Shown here piece by piece: positions 20,530 through 29,856 of a DNA stretch of 64,000 nucleotides (the stretch's first letter is position 1; each line of letters starts with the position of its first letter). Below the pieces are notes generated by a model. That model was not told where the DNA came from. It was given only the letters and a program-made list of their open reading frames with translations, and did no database searches. The DNA comes from a virus. The translations under genes were made by a program, and so were the position numbers. The stretch lies in the IMG/VR virus record IMGVR_UViG_3300027896_000013; one strand, 5' to 3'.

Positions 20530-21348
20530 ATGAGAATTAAAGTATCCCACGAAAGTCCAATTAGTCTCCTTGAAAGATCACGTCTGTATAACGATTATGA
20601 TTACTGTCTAGTCCACTTGATGGAACAGCATGACTCGTATAGAGAGTATTTTCTAAACGCACGTAATGTTTATGATCGCGAAGTATTTCTCGATACCTCA
20701 GTGTTCGAGCTAGGTACAGCATTTGATGCGTCGAAATACATCGACTGGGCTGAAAAGATTCGGCCTAATCTGATGATTATACCGGATGTTCTCGAAAATG
20801 CTCAAGCTACTATGGATAACTGGGTTGACTTTGTCGATAAGTTCGGCGACAGGCTTGATAAGATGGACGCGCAGTGGATTGGTGTTGTTCAAGGTAAAAC
20901 ACTTGATGATATTATTCGCTGCTATAATTTCATGTCTAATAATGCTGATGTTATTGCAATCAGTTTTGATATGTCTTATTTCAAGGAAACCGGTAGAGGT
21001 CTAACTGATTATGAGCGTATGTGTAGAGGTCGTCAACAGCTTATTAACGCATTGATTGATAACGACATATGGGATTGGAGTAAACCTCACCATCTCCTTG
21101 GTAATGCACTTCCTCAAGAGATGAGCTTTTACGTAAACAACAACGTTTACAATATTCGCTCTGTAGATACATCAAACCCGATCGTACACGGTCTCCACAA
21201 TGTCAGGTACAACAGTACGTTTGGTCTACGCGATAAAATTAAAACCAAGCTCGCTGATTTGATCACTGCGAAAGTTTCAGATGATCAATGGGATTGCATT
21301 GCTTATAACGTTGATATGTACCGTGAAATCTTAGACGGTAATATGTAA
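20530..21348 (+). CDS. Divergent TGT/DpdA-like (DpdA3-type) 7-deazaguanine transglycosylase
   Basis: TIM-barrel TGT-like motifs LDTSVFE, IPDV, GVVQG, HHLLG, SVDTS; first gene of an operon ending in queF. Confidence 0.65.
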   Translation: MRIKVSHESPISLLERSRLYNDYDYCLVHLMEQHDSYREYFLNARNVYDREVFLDTSVFELGTAFDASKYIDWAEKIRPNLMIIPDVLENAQATMDNWVDFVDKFGDRLDKMDAQWIGVVQGKTLDDIIRCYNFMSNNADVIAISFDMSYFKETGRGLTDYERMCRGRQQLINALIDNDIWDWSKPHHLLGNALPQEMSFYVNNNVYNIRSVDTSNPIVHGLHNVRYNSTFGLRDKIKTKLADLITAKVSDDQWDCIAYNVDMYREILDGNM

Positions 21349-21349
21349 T

Positions 21350-21910
21350 ATGAGACCTTGGATTACATTCTATTCAAATACCGGTAGTGAGATTTGTAAT
21401 ATTTCACGACGCCGTGGATGTTATCCAAGTGCTATTATAGGTCACTATAACTCTCAATTATCAAACAGCTTTATAAATGAGCTGATATCGCAACAGCCGG
21501 TTGTTAGTGAGAACACTACAATATACACCATACCTAACAAGCCGACTGTTGAGGATTACGAACGCATTCTCTCAAAATATGAAAACCCTTTGGTAACTCT
21601 TCATGGGTTTATGCGTATTGTACCGCCAGAGATCTGCAGTAAATACGAGATATATAACGGTCACCCTGGACTAATTACAAAATATCCTATACTCAAGGGT
21701 AAAGACCCTCAACTAAAAGCTTTTACTTACGGTCACACTGAAGCTGGTACAGTTGTTCATAGAGTAACTGCAGGTGTAGATGAAGGACCTGTAGTAATGT
21801 GGAATAAATGTTCAATTGCAGATTGCAAATCACCTAAAGATGTAATAAATCTTCTAAAGGGCCAATCTCTTGAATGCTGGATGGAATTTTTCGATGAATA
21901 CAACACCTGA
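21350..21910 (+). CDS. PurN-like formyltransferase (candidate preQ1 formyltransferase, DpdN-like)
   Basis: LHGFMRIVP, YNGHPGL, GTVVHRVTAGVDEGP. Confidence 0.8.
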   Translation: MRPWITFYSNTGSEICNISRRRGCYPSAIIGHYNSQLSNSFINELISQQPVVSENTTIYTIPNKPTVEDYERILSKYENPLVTLHGFMRIVPPEICSKYEIYNGHPGLITKYPILKGKDPQLKAFTYGHTEAGTVVHRVTAGVDEGPVVMWNKCSIADCKSPKDVINLLKGQSLECWMEFFDEYNT

Positions 21911-22247
21911 AGACTTAATAAAAAAGGTAGAGCAAGACTACCCGGAAACTTGCGCTGAATATAAACGAATTCAACATGAGATGTATACTTTGTTTTGTAA
22001 GAAGCAAAGTGATTACGGACCTAATAATATATCTCTAGGCTCAGATCTCAAAACTGAACCGGATATTCGTGCTGCACTTAGCGGTGTTATCTTTAGGTGT
22101 AACGATAAGGTTCAACGCCTTCTTAACCTTGTTGTCAAGAAAGGTACAATCGCTACATCAAATGAACCTATTGACGATGCCTTTGCAGATCTTGGTAACT
22201 ATGCTATCATCATGAGTATTGTTAAACGCGGTAAATGGTGTAAATAA
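21894..22247 (+). CDS. DUF1599-like nucleotide-modification-associated all-alpha protein
   Basis: KKQSDYG, R.NDKVQRL.NL, EPIDDAFADLGNYAII. Confidence 0.7.
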   Translation: MNTTPEDLIKKVEQDYPETCAEYKRIQHEMYTLFCKKQSDYGPNNISLGSDLKTEPDIRAALSGVIFRCNDKVQRLLNLVVKKGTIATSNEPIDDAFADLGNYAIIMSIVKRGKWCK

Positions 22248-22252
22248 AACAT

Positions 22253-22810
22253 ATGTTAATTGCATTCACAGGAGCTCAATCGACAGGAAAAACAACCTTA
22301 CTAGAAGCTTGTAAAAGGCTTGATGAGTTTAAAGGTTATACATTTGTAGATGAAGTAACCCGCCGCATTAAACGAACACACGGTGTTGCAATTAACAACG
22401 ATGCAGACAACTACGATCAAACACAAAAACTTATTATCGACGACCACATTAAAAACAGCCATCTAAAAAATGCTGTTCTTGATAGATGCATTGTTGATGG
22501 TTATGTATATACACAATACTTTTATGAAAAGGGTAAGGTTTCAGAGTATGTATCCGATCTAGCTCACGGTGCACTTATTGGTATTATCGATCGATATGAT
22601 ATTATATTCTATACTGAACCTGATATTCCGCTTGTTGATGATAAAGAGAGAAGCATGGATGTTAAGTTTCGTGATGATATTATCAAACTCTTTAACATTC
22701 GTATCAGCGCAATAGAAAAACTGGAACCAAATAAAGTCGTACGCTTAAGAGGTTCTGTTGAAGACCGCCTCAATACGATTAAAAAAGCAGTTGCAAATCA
22801 CCAAAAATAA
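22253..22810 (+). CDS. P-loop nucleotide kinase (AAA_28/NadR-like)
   Basis: GAQSTGKTT Walker A, LDRCIVDGYVY, YDIIFY. Confidence 0.75.
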   Translation: MLIAFTGAQSTGKTTLLEACKRLDEFKGYTFVDEVTRRIKRTHGVAINNDADNYDQTQKLIIDDHIKNSHLKNAVLDRCIVDGYVYTQYFYEKGKVSEYVSDLAHGALIGIIDRYDIIFYTEPDIPLVDDKERSMDVKFRDDIIKLFNIRISAIEKLEPNKVVRLRGSVEDRLNTIKKAVANHQK

Positions 22811-22818
22811 TCTACAAT
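22791..22818 (+). promoter_or_regulatory. Sigma70-like promoter TTGCAA-N16-TACAAT
   Basis: 6 nt before queF ATG 22825. Confidence 0.7.
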
Positions 22819-22824
22819 TTAATT

Positions 22825-23706
22825 ATGTCAAATGAAACTTCTGTTAGTAGGCACCTAGGTAAAGCCAGCGTATGTGTTGGTAAATACGATCCAACTCTTC
22901 TTGTTAAAGAAGCGCGCTCACGCAGCAGACAAGAACTTAATATTTCAAGCGATAAACTACCATTTGTTGGTAAAGACGTTTGGAATAATTATGAAGTCTC
23001 TTGTTTGCTTGATAACGGTATGCCTGTAACGGCTATAGCAAAGATTGTTTATGATTGTACGTCTGATGCTATCATTGAATCAAAATCAATGAAGCTTTAT
23101 TGGAACTCATTTAACATGGAAAAGATGGGTAAAACCATTGACGAATGTTACGCTAAGCTTCAAGCGATTACTGAGAAAGACCTGTCAACGTTGATTGGTT
23201 CACCTGTCATGGTCAGCTTGGTAAAGGCTGAAGTAGTATCTAGTCCGATTCCGTTGTTTGGATATGTTAACATCGATGAACTTGCTCAGCTTGTTGCAAC
23301 AGACAAATATAAGCACGATGAATCGTTGTTAACTGGTAAACAGGTAACTGAAGAGCGTGTTCTCAAAGTCCGTACATCGCTTCTACGTGGATTATGTTGC
23401 ATCACATCTCAACCAGATACTGGTGATGTTTATATTCATTACAAGGGTAATTACGATATCGATGTTACATCTATTCTGCAATACATTGTATCTAATCGTG
23501 AAACGAACGAGTTTCATGAACCATCTTGCGAAAAGTTCTTTAATGCTATAAGCAAGAAGTTTGAACCTAAAGAGCTGGCTGTATTCTGTTTATATAATCG
23601 GAGAGGTTCTTTGGATATTAACCCGATGCGTGCAACTTCATACGACTTGATACCCGTTCATATGACTGACCCAGATACACAATGGTCAAAAGCTGCTAGG
23701 CAGTAA
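22825..23706 (+). CDS. queF: NADPH-dependent preQ0 reductase, bimodular QueF
   Basis: IESKSMKLYWNSF QueF motif, C.ITSQPD, EFHE, RRG.LDINP. Confidence 0.9.
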   Translation: MSNETSVSRHLGKASVCVGKYDPTLLVKEARSRSRQELNISSDKLPFVGKDVWNNYEVSCLLDNGMPVTAIAKIVYDCTSDAIIESKSMKLYWNSFNMEKMGKTIDECYAKLQAITEKDLSTLIGSPVMVSLVKAEVVSSPIPLFGYVNIDELAQLVATDKYKHDESLLTGKQVTEERVLKVRTSLLRGLCCITSQPDTGDVYIHYKGNYDIDVTSILQYIVSNRETNEFHEPSCEKFFNAISKKFEPKELAVFCLYNRRGSLDINPMRATSYDLIPVHMTDPDTQWSKAARQ

Positions 23707-23712
23707 TCAAAT

Positions 23713-23745
23713 AAAAACCCCGCTGAGAAATCAGCGGGGTTTTTT
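23713..23745. terminator. Bidirectional intrinsic terminator between convergent genes
   Basis: AAAAACCCCGCTGA-GAAA-TCAGCGGGGTTTTTT perfect inverted repeat with A and T tracts. Confidence 0.92.
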
Positions 23746-23759
23746 GTGTTTAAATGTTA

Positions 23760-24344
23760 TTAACCGTTAAGTGCCCAAAGACGTGTGAATTCAGCTTTTG
23801 ATGTAAACCCGTTATATGGTGTGTTGACTGCAGATACGACTGTTGTGAGTGTCTGAACTGGGTTTGTAACAGGTGTTGGTGTTGAACCTACAAGGCATGT
23901 GCTGCTGAGTGTAACTGTATATGTAAGTGTTTGTGGTCCTGCTGCGCTTTTACTACCGAAAGCGGAGAGAGTAATACCGCTAACAGCCATTACACTTGTA
24001 ATAGTTACTGGGTAAATATTGGGATCTACAATAGTATAGAATGAATTACCTTCGGCTGTATAACATGGTGCACCGCTACGGCTCTCGCTAACTTTAATAC
24101 CTGTAACAATGGCCTTTGTATTGACGTTAGTGGTACGGATTCTAATATCCGTATGCGCTGCACTAAGAGCGTTGAAACTATTAACACCATTAAGACCATT
24201 AAGAGTATCAACGTACTTCGATAGAACTATCGCACCCGGTACCGGTGTCGCAGTTGGTGTCGGTGCAGGTGTTGCGGTTGGTGGCACCGGTGTTCCCGTT
24301 GGTGTCGGTGTCGGTACTTCTGGTGTTGCGGTTGGATCAGCCAT
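23760..24344 (-). CDS. Late protein with N-terminal Pro-Thr repeat, possible capsid decoration protein
   Basis: Directly downstream of gp23; PTATP repeats; TAAATA 5 nt upstream. Confidence 0.55.
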   Translation of the reverse strand: MADPTATPEVPTPTPTGTPVPPTATPAPTPTATPVPGAIVLSKYVDTLNGLNGVNSFNALSAAHTDIRIRTTNVNTKAIVTGIKVSESRSGAPCYTAEGNSFYTIVDPNIYPVTITSVMAVSGITLSAFGSKSAAGPQTLTYTVTLSSTCLVGSTPTPVTNPVQTLTTVVSAVNTPYNGFTSKAEFTRLWALNG

Positions 24345-24398
24345 ACAATTATTTATTATCTTGAGACCTCTATTTTAATAAAATATGTAGTAAACAAG

Positions 24399-24431
24399 AA
24401 AAAACCGCCGGTAGAGCAATCTACCGGCGGT
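24399..24431 (-). terminator. Intrinsic terminator after gp23
   Basis: ACCGCCGGTAGA-(4 nt)-TCTACCGGCGGT 12-bp stem followed by a T run on the - strand. Confidence 0.9.
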
Positions 24432-24457
24432 CGAATCTAACGGCTACTCTGATATTA

Positions 24458-25948
24458 TCAGAAGTATACGCTTTGCGTACCAGGTGTGAACGACTGGCCG
24501 AGGCCGGTCAATACAATCACGTGGTAATACAGATTTGCTCCGAAGATGTTGTCGACAACACCATAGCGGGTCATAAGACCAACTCGTGGTGCGAAGTCGT
24601 TCGGACCGATTGTACGTTGTACCATGACTGGAATGTACGGGCAGTAGATGATACCGGTGTCGTAAAACTCCGGACCTTTATAACCCAACAACGCGTACTC
24701 AAGACGGGTCTGACGAGCAGTAACAGCGCCGCCGGCGGGCCAGCTTGGCTGTGTGCTACTGTAAGCCTGTGCTTCAGTGCGTGTATCACGGTAAACATTA
24801 AACCGACCACCCAACGATCCAACCTTAGCAACTCCGACAGGCTGTGTGTTAACACTGCCCTGTACCGGAACCCACTGGAATTCGGGCAACATTTCAAGAA
24901 TGGCGCACACACGAGGTGTACCCACGATGAAGTTAGCCGAACCACGGCGGTTACGGATAGCAATACGATTTGCTTCGACGATCAAGCGTTGATAGAAGTC
25001 GCGATTGCGTTCTACCAACCAGCGTCCATCAGCAGAAGCTGGACTCCAGATGCTATAACCCTGGCCATAACCAGCGTTAAGAGCGGTCTGAATCATTCTG
25101 ATGATCATTTCGCGGTCGATTTCGGCTTGTAGCTCATAGCTCATCGCATTTGTAAGCTCAGTGTCGATATCGATACCGTTCATGTTCTTCAGATCTTGTT
25201 CCAACTCAACTGACCAACGGGCTGCCAAGCGTCTCGTGCCGGCTTCAACAGCGGTCTTCTCAAAGCTAACAACGATCTGCGGAATATTGCTAGAGAGCTC
25301 AAACTGACTGAGCAATGCAGCTACACCCGAATCCTGTTGCGCAATTACGAAGTCACTGTTACCAGACAGCGCACCACTGGAAACGCCAGTGAAGCGGGTG
25401 TCGAGGTACTGGTAACCCAATTCAGGATTACCGGACAAAGCCTGCTGCAGACCTGGGTTAATACCATACTGTCCAGCACCGGTGTTTCCATCGGCACTGC
25501 CAGTCTGATAACCAAGAGCAGTCGGTTCGTATTTGTAACGGAGAGCAAAAGCAAGACCTACGGGCCCGCTCATCGGCTGAACACCAACGATTTCGTTAGT
25601 GATCAATTCCGGGAACGTACGGCGAATCATCGGGATGAGAATCTTTGGAAGGCGTGCATCACCAGGGGCGTATGCATTATCATTCTGAGACGGGAACTGA
25701 TTGCCGTAGGAACCATTATTAATGGTACCGAAGACACCAGTCGAACCGCCAGCAATGTTACCACTAGACTCAAAGCACCACTTCTCTTGGTTTTCCAAGA
25801 GGATGGCAGTGTTCAAGCGGGTGTGGTCATCTTCGATTGCGCGAACGTTGTCGGAACTGTAGTCCAGAACTGGACCCCATTTCTCGAGCATGAGTTTTGC
25901 GCGATTTTCATCGATGTAAGCTGAAGTAGGACGAATAGAATTATTCAT
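24458..25948 (-). CDS. gp23: T4-like major capsid protein
   Basis: LLENQ, IVGVQPMSGPVGLAFALR, EIDRE, GIIYCPYIP, F.P..GLMTRYG. Confidence 0.97.
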   Translation of the reverse strand: MNNSIRPTSAYIDENRAKLMLEKWGPVLDYSSDNVRAIEDDHTRLNTAILLENQEKWCFESSGNIAGGSTGVFGTINNGSYGNQFPSQNDNAYAPGDARLPKILIPMIRRTFPELITNEIVGVQPMSGPVGLAFALRYKYEPTALGYQTGSADGNTGAGQYGINPGLQQALSGNPELGYQYLDTRFTGVSSGALSGNSDFVIAQQDSGVAALLSQFELSSNIPQIVVSFEKTAVEAGTRRLAARWSVELEQDLKNMNGIDIDTELTNAMSYELQAEIDREMIIRMIQTALNAGYGQGYSIWSPASADGRWLVERNRDFYQRLIVEANRIAIRNRRGSANFIVGTPRVCAILEMLPEFQWVPVQGSVNTQPVGVAKVGSLGGRFNVYRDTRTEAQAYSSTQPSWPAGGAVTARQTRLEYALLGYKGPEFYDTGIIYCPYIPVMVQRTIGPNDFAPRVGLMTRYGVVDNIFGANLYYHVIVLTGLGQSFTPGTQSVYF

Positions 25949-26028
25949 ATTAGTTTACTTTTCTCCTTTAATTTCGTCGACCTTATGTTTTTTAGCATAT
26001 AGCTGTTCAGGTTGGAACCTCAAATAAA

Positions 26029-26928
26029 TTAGAACTTCTTTAACTCACTCATGTATGTGTTAAATACCGGGTTAGCAGCTTGCTGCTCTTCGGCATTTAC
26101 AGACTCTTCGACAACTGTCGGTCTGTCTACATTCATGCTGTGTGAAGTTTCTGTCGCCTGCTCTCTAAGAACGTCGAGCTGTTCAGCTTCATTCTTATCA
26201 AACAAGTTTAAAACGTAATCGTAATTTTCCGTGATGTACTGCTCACTCTTGCCAGCAAGTACTTTCTTCATGTATTTCTTCTTTTCGCTAGGAAGTTCAG
26301 CTGTTTTGCTTTCAATAAGCAATGCAGTAGAAGCTGTCTTGTGACTCTCTGTCACCGTGCTAAGCTTCTTATTTGCTTCGGCAAGAGCTTTCTTATAGTC
26401 TTCAATCTGAGCCTTACCATCCAATACAGCTTCACGGATCGATTCAGTTGCCATCGCTAAGTCAACACCAAGCAATGTACGCATCTGAGATACAATTCTA
26501 GCTGACTGAACGTTTTCAACAGCTTCAGCTACCTGTGCGTTCGGAATCTTCTCTTCCAGATACAGCTCAAGATATTTGTCAAGTTTGTTAACTAGATTTG
26601 ATTTAAATTTGTTTGCATCTTCCGTCAATGCCTTCTCGTAGTGGTTAATAACCTTCTTTAGTTTAACTACGTGGTTCTTGTCAAGAGCTTCGACAACACG
26701 GTTAAGTTTGTTGGTGTGGTCTGAATCAATGACACCGAGAAGCTTTTCTACTTTGGCGCTGTAGTCAGCGTCCTGCTTGTCGAGTGCTGTGCTAACAGCT
26801 AGCTTAGTGCGCTCTTCAACAAGGCTGTTAACGGATGTATCGTACGCAGATTTGATATCAGCGAGAGTCTGTTCAGTCAACAAATCTTTTGTCGCTTCCT
26901 TAAGAATGGTTTTAATATCTTTTGACAT
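26029..26928 (-). CDS. gp22: Prohead core scaffold protein
   Basis: Coiled-coil, LDKYL motif, position between protease and gp23. Confidence 0.8.
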   Translation of the reverse strand: MSKDIKTILKEATKDLLTEQTLADIKSAYDTSVNSLVEERTKLAVSTALDKQDADYSAKVEKLLGVIDSDHTNKLNRVVEALDKNHVVKLKKVINHYEKALTEDANKFKSNLVNKLDKYLELYLEEKIPNAQVAEAVENVQSARIVSQMRTLLGVDLAMATESIREAVLDGKAQIEDYKKALAEANKKLSTVTESHKTASTALLIESKTAELPSEKKKYMKKVLAGKSEQYITENYDYVLNLFDKNEAEQLDVLREQATETSHSMNVDRPTVVEESVNAEEQQAANPVFNTYMSELKKF

Positions 26929-26931
26929 ATG

Positions 26932-27150
26932 TTATAAAGTAGCTGCAATGCGAGTCATCAATTTAGACTCGATAACATCCGCTAAATACTTATTAGCATT
27001 GTTATACTTTTTCTGTGCGATTGCTCTAATAAATTTACCAATGTGGGAACTCTCACCCAACGCCCGATCACGTGCGGCACAACCACTACGCGGCTTCTTC
27101 ATGAGCTTCTTCTTCGTGAGTTTCTTTTTAAGTTTAAACTTCTTGGCCAT
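26932..27150 (-). CDS. Small Lys-rich prohead core protein
   Basis: 72 aa, very basic N-terminus, in the head operon with its own TAAATA box. Confidence 0.6.
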   Translation of the reverse strand: MAKKFKLKKKLTKKKLMKKPRSGCAARDRALGESSHIGKFIRAIAQKKYNNANKYLADVIESKLMTRIAATL

Positions 27151-27159
27151 ATGTGTTAA

Positions 27160-27828
27160 TTATTTATTCTTGAAGGACTCAATAAACTTAATGATTTGAT
27201 CTTTAAGATAACCTTCTACGTCTTTGCGAGGTAGATTTGTTAATTTAGATTCAAAACTCTCATACATTTCTTCATATGTACCATCACCACGAAGAACAAA
27301 CTGCTTACTTTCGAGAATACCCGAAACAAATGCTTTGGTGAAAGACGGATCAGCAACACAGTCAACAGCAACTAACCTCATGCTAGTTACACGGTTAATA
27401 CCGTTGCTCTCCTCTTGTAACTTACCAAGAGCGCGTGAACTCATACCAACTTTAACACCGTCGTTAATAAGAGAACGTACAAGTAAACCTAGAGGAGACG
27501 TGAGTATTTTAGATTTACCGTAGTAAATGTTTCCCTCTCTTCTAAGTTCAGTAACTAAATGGCATGCTCGCTCTGGGTTTACTTCGGCTGAAGCAGGGTG
27601 ATTCAACTCACCCATCGCTCTACCCGTTCGCACCATTTCACCTATATAGCGATTTACTTCAGATTCCATCTCTTCACCAGCGTAAATGCGCTTGTTTTTA
27701 TTAACCGTTTCAGCACCCATGTACGGGCCACTGACCCACATTGTGCTTGGTTCTTTTGTGTTTTTTTCTTCGACAAGAAAATCCAAACTCTCTGAGAGAG
27801 GGGTTTCTGTAAGTAGTCGTAGCGCCAT
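27160..27828 (-). CDS. gp21: Prohead core protease
   Basis: NKNKRIY, GELNHP, GMSSRALG, DCVADPS. Confidence 0.93.
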   Translation of the reverse strand: MALRLLTETPLSESLDFLVEEKNTKEPSTMWVSGPYMGAETVNKNKRIYAGEEMESEVNRYIGEMVRTGRAMGELNHPASAEVNPERACHLVTELRREGNIYYGKSKILTSPLGLLVRSLINDGVKVGMSSRALGKLQEESNGINRVTSMRLVAVDCVADPSFTKAFVSGILESKQFVLRGDGTYEEMYESFESKLTNLPRKDVEGYLKDQIIKFIESFKNK

Positions 27829-27855
27829 ATCTTAAATTACTTATAGTTTTATGTA

Positions 27856-28275
27856 TTATTTTGTTAAAACTATACGAGTTAATTCTTTTGTCTTAATTTT
27901 TATGTTCTTCGACTTTAAGAACTTACTCTTAAGGTGTTGAAAGATGCTACCTGTGGTGTCTAGTATTAGCTTCTTCTTGGACGCTGCCGCGTTCTGATCC
28001 CTTACGGCATCATTAATCCTCGACCAAATAGTTCCAGCATCTTCACCTTCTTTTTGCTGCACTACCCAACCTGATACATCATCGATTGAAATCTTACCAT
28101 TAGGATCTTCAAGAACAATAACATGTTCCCATTTTTCTTTTGGTTCCTTATCTTTGTCTTCCTTGAGTTCTTCAATGACCTGTGATAGATCTTTTATAAT
28201 ATCATGAACCTTAGAGGGTTCAATTTTACGGCGAAGCAAAGTCGCTTCAACTTCTTCAAGGCTTATTTTACTCAT
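27856..28275 (-). CDS. Hypothetical protein
   Basis: 139-aa ORF in the head operon with TAAGTA box 7 nt upstream. Confidence 0.6.
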   Translation of the reverse strand: MSKISLEEVEATLLRRKIEPSKVHDIIKDLSQVIEELKEDKDKEPKEKWEHVIVLEDPNGKISIDDVSGWVVQQKEGEDAGTIWSRINDAVRDQNAAASKKKLILDTTGSIFQHLKSKFLKSKNIKIKTKELTRIVLTK

Positions 28276-28310
28276 ATATCACTACTTATAAACTATCGAA
28301 AATTAGCAAG

Positions 28311-28766
28311 TTAAACACCTAGTTGATGTTCTGTGAGTATCAAGAATTTATAACGGTTTCTCTCACACCACTGCTTTGCAGCATCCCACTTCGCCATATT
28401 GACAGCGTATGTTTGAGATTCATAGAGAAGAGTACTCTTCTTTTTACGCTTGGTAACTACAGGTGGAACGGTTTGGGAGCTAGGCTTTATCTCAATCAAA
28501 TACTTTACGAGTTTATCACCCTCTTTGATAAGAACAACACCATCAGCGAAATATCTGTGCATGTTACCATCTACTGGACTTCTGTATGGTATAACGATAG
28601 CTTCAGAGGCCCATTCAATGATATTCGGGTTGGTATCACACCATCTATAGAATTTACACTCCCAACCGGAGCGGTATACAGGTGTCTCTTTTCCAATATA
28701 CTTCTTGGGGTTTTGTGGTTTAAAAACACCTTGAATAAATCTACCTTTACCATTTAAAGGTATCAT
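28311..28766 (-). CDS. gp4: Head completion nuclease
   Basis: F.PQNPKKY, YRSGWE, WASE, IPY.SP.DG..HRYF.D, EIKP, N.AKW.AA. Confidence 0.92.
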   Translation of the reverse strand: MIPLNGKGRFIQGVFKPQNPKKYIGKETPVYRSGWECKFYRWCDTNPNIIEWASEAIVIPYRSPVDGNMHRYFADGVVLIKEGDKLVKYLIEIKPSSQTVPPVVTKRKKKSTLLYESQTYAVNMAKWDAAKQWCERNRYKFLILTEHQLGV

Positions 28767-28769
28767 AAA

Positions 28770-29846
28770 TTAGCCTACGAAGAACATTGGAGGTGCTGCA
28801 TCACCCATACCAGGAGAGGCGCCTTGGAAGAGCATTGTTTCAAGCTCTTTTTTCTCGTTCAGGCCTTCTGCAAGCATGGCTGTTTCTAACTGTCCACCAC
28901 CAAATAGAGTTGTACCACCGTACTTACCACGTACACGCGCTACAGTAATCTTCGTTAGCGCTGTTGCATACTGCTGTACCCATGGCTCTTTAATTAAGTC
29001 CTTTAAAGGTCGCTCTACATAGCAGGATATTACACCGTAGAACCTACCAGATGACCCCGATGTACCAGGCGACGGGTGCATTGTCAAATATTGTGTACGG
29101 GGATCGAATGTATATGATCGCTTAAGAGCTAACATCTTTTCACGGTTCTTCATCCAATCTTTTAGAACGTACCAGCTTACTAAATCAAAACCATAATTAC
29201 CCATCGCGTAACTGAAATACGTCTGCTGTGCTAAGGATTGCTCAATAGTGAACAGTGTATTAATGTTTGACGAAGAACCTTCTTCAAAATCATAAACGTC
29301 AATTACTTTTCGATAATCCATTCTATCGAAATCAAACGCATTGCTGTATTGTTCTACACCGTTCATCGAAGCATTAAAAGCACTTGTAAGTGTGGCACTT
29401 AGTGCGATAACACTTAGATAATCAGTATTAGAAAGTATTTGATTCTTATAAATACCAGATTTGTAGGTAGCAGATAATGTAGTCGAGGTTGCAAATATAC
29501 TAGAATCTAACCCCGTGAGTGCTACATAGACAGTTTTTGATGGTTGGTTGATTCTGTTAAACGTGGGTGTAATAGAAAAGAGTTCATCAAGCTTTAATCC
29601 TTTATGAGGTGTATAGAGATTTGAATCAAATACGAGATACTCTTCTGTATACCCTGCATATTTGCTAAACAACTCACAAGCTTGGCTAAGATTCTCTCTT
29701 AAGTTGTCAATATGAGCTTCAACGTTAATTAGAGGTGCACCTAGATTGCGAGCAATACGATCAGTCACTCTGTCAAAATCATCAAGTCTATTACCAAGAT
29801 TGGTGTTTTGGAATGCTGTAATTGGGCTTATATCAGTGCAACTCAT
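28770..29846 (-). CDS. gp13: Neck protein
   Basis: LGAPLINVE, WVQQYATAL.K, KY.G..L.GG, C-terminal FFVG. Confidence 0.85.
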   Translation of the reverse strand: MSCTDISPITAFQNTNLGNRLDDFDRVTDRIARNLGAPLINVEAHIDNLRENLSQACELFSKYAGYTEEYLVFDSNLYTPHKGLKLDELFSITPTFNRINQPSKTVYVALTGLDSSIFATSTTLSATYKSGIYKNQILSNTDYLSVIALSATLTSAFNASMNGVEQYSNAFDFDRMDYRKVIDVYDFEEGSSSNINTLFTIEQSLAQQTYFSYAMGNYGFDLVSWYVLKDWMKNREKMLALKRSYTFDPRTQYLTMHPSPGTSGSSGRFYGVISCYVERPLKDLIKEPWVQQYATALTKITVARVRGKYGGTTLFGGGQLETAMLAEGLNEKKELETMLFQGASPGMGDAAPPMFFVG

Positions 29847-29856
29847 ATAACATTAC

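Noticed and set aside
21350-21910. Calling the formyltransferase a purine-biosynthesis purN auxiliary gene
   Set aside because: Lacks a clear PurN N-terminal SG.GSN loop and sits in an operon with TGT-like and queF genes
20530-23706. Queuosine tRNA-modification auxiliary pathway
   Set aside because: No queA/queG, the TGT-like protein lacks the canonical tRNA-TGT zinc motif, and kinase/DUF1599 partners point to DNA; not fully excluded
24473-25924. Long antisense ORFs (219 and 195 aa) over gp23
   Set aside because: Explained by strong codon bias and higher GC of gp23; no promoter or recognisable motifs
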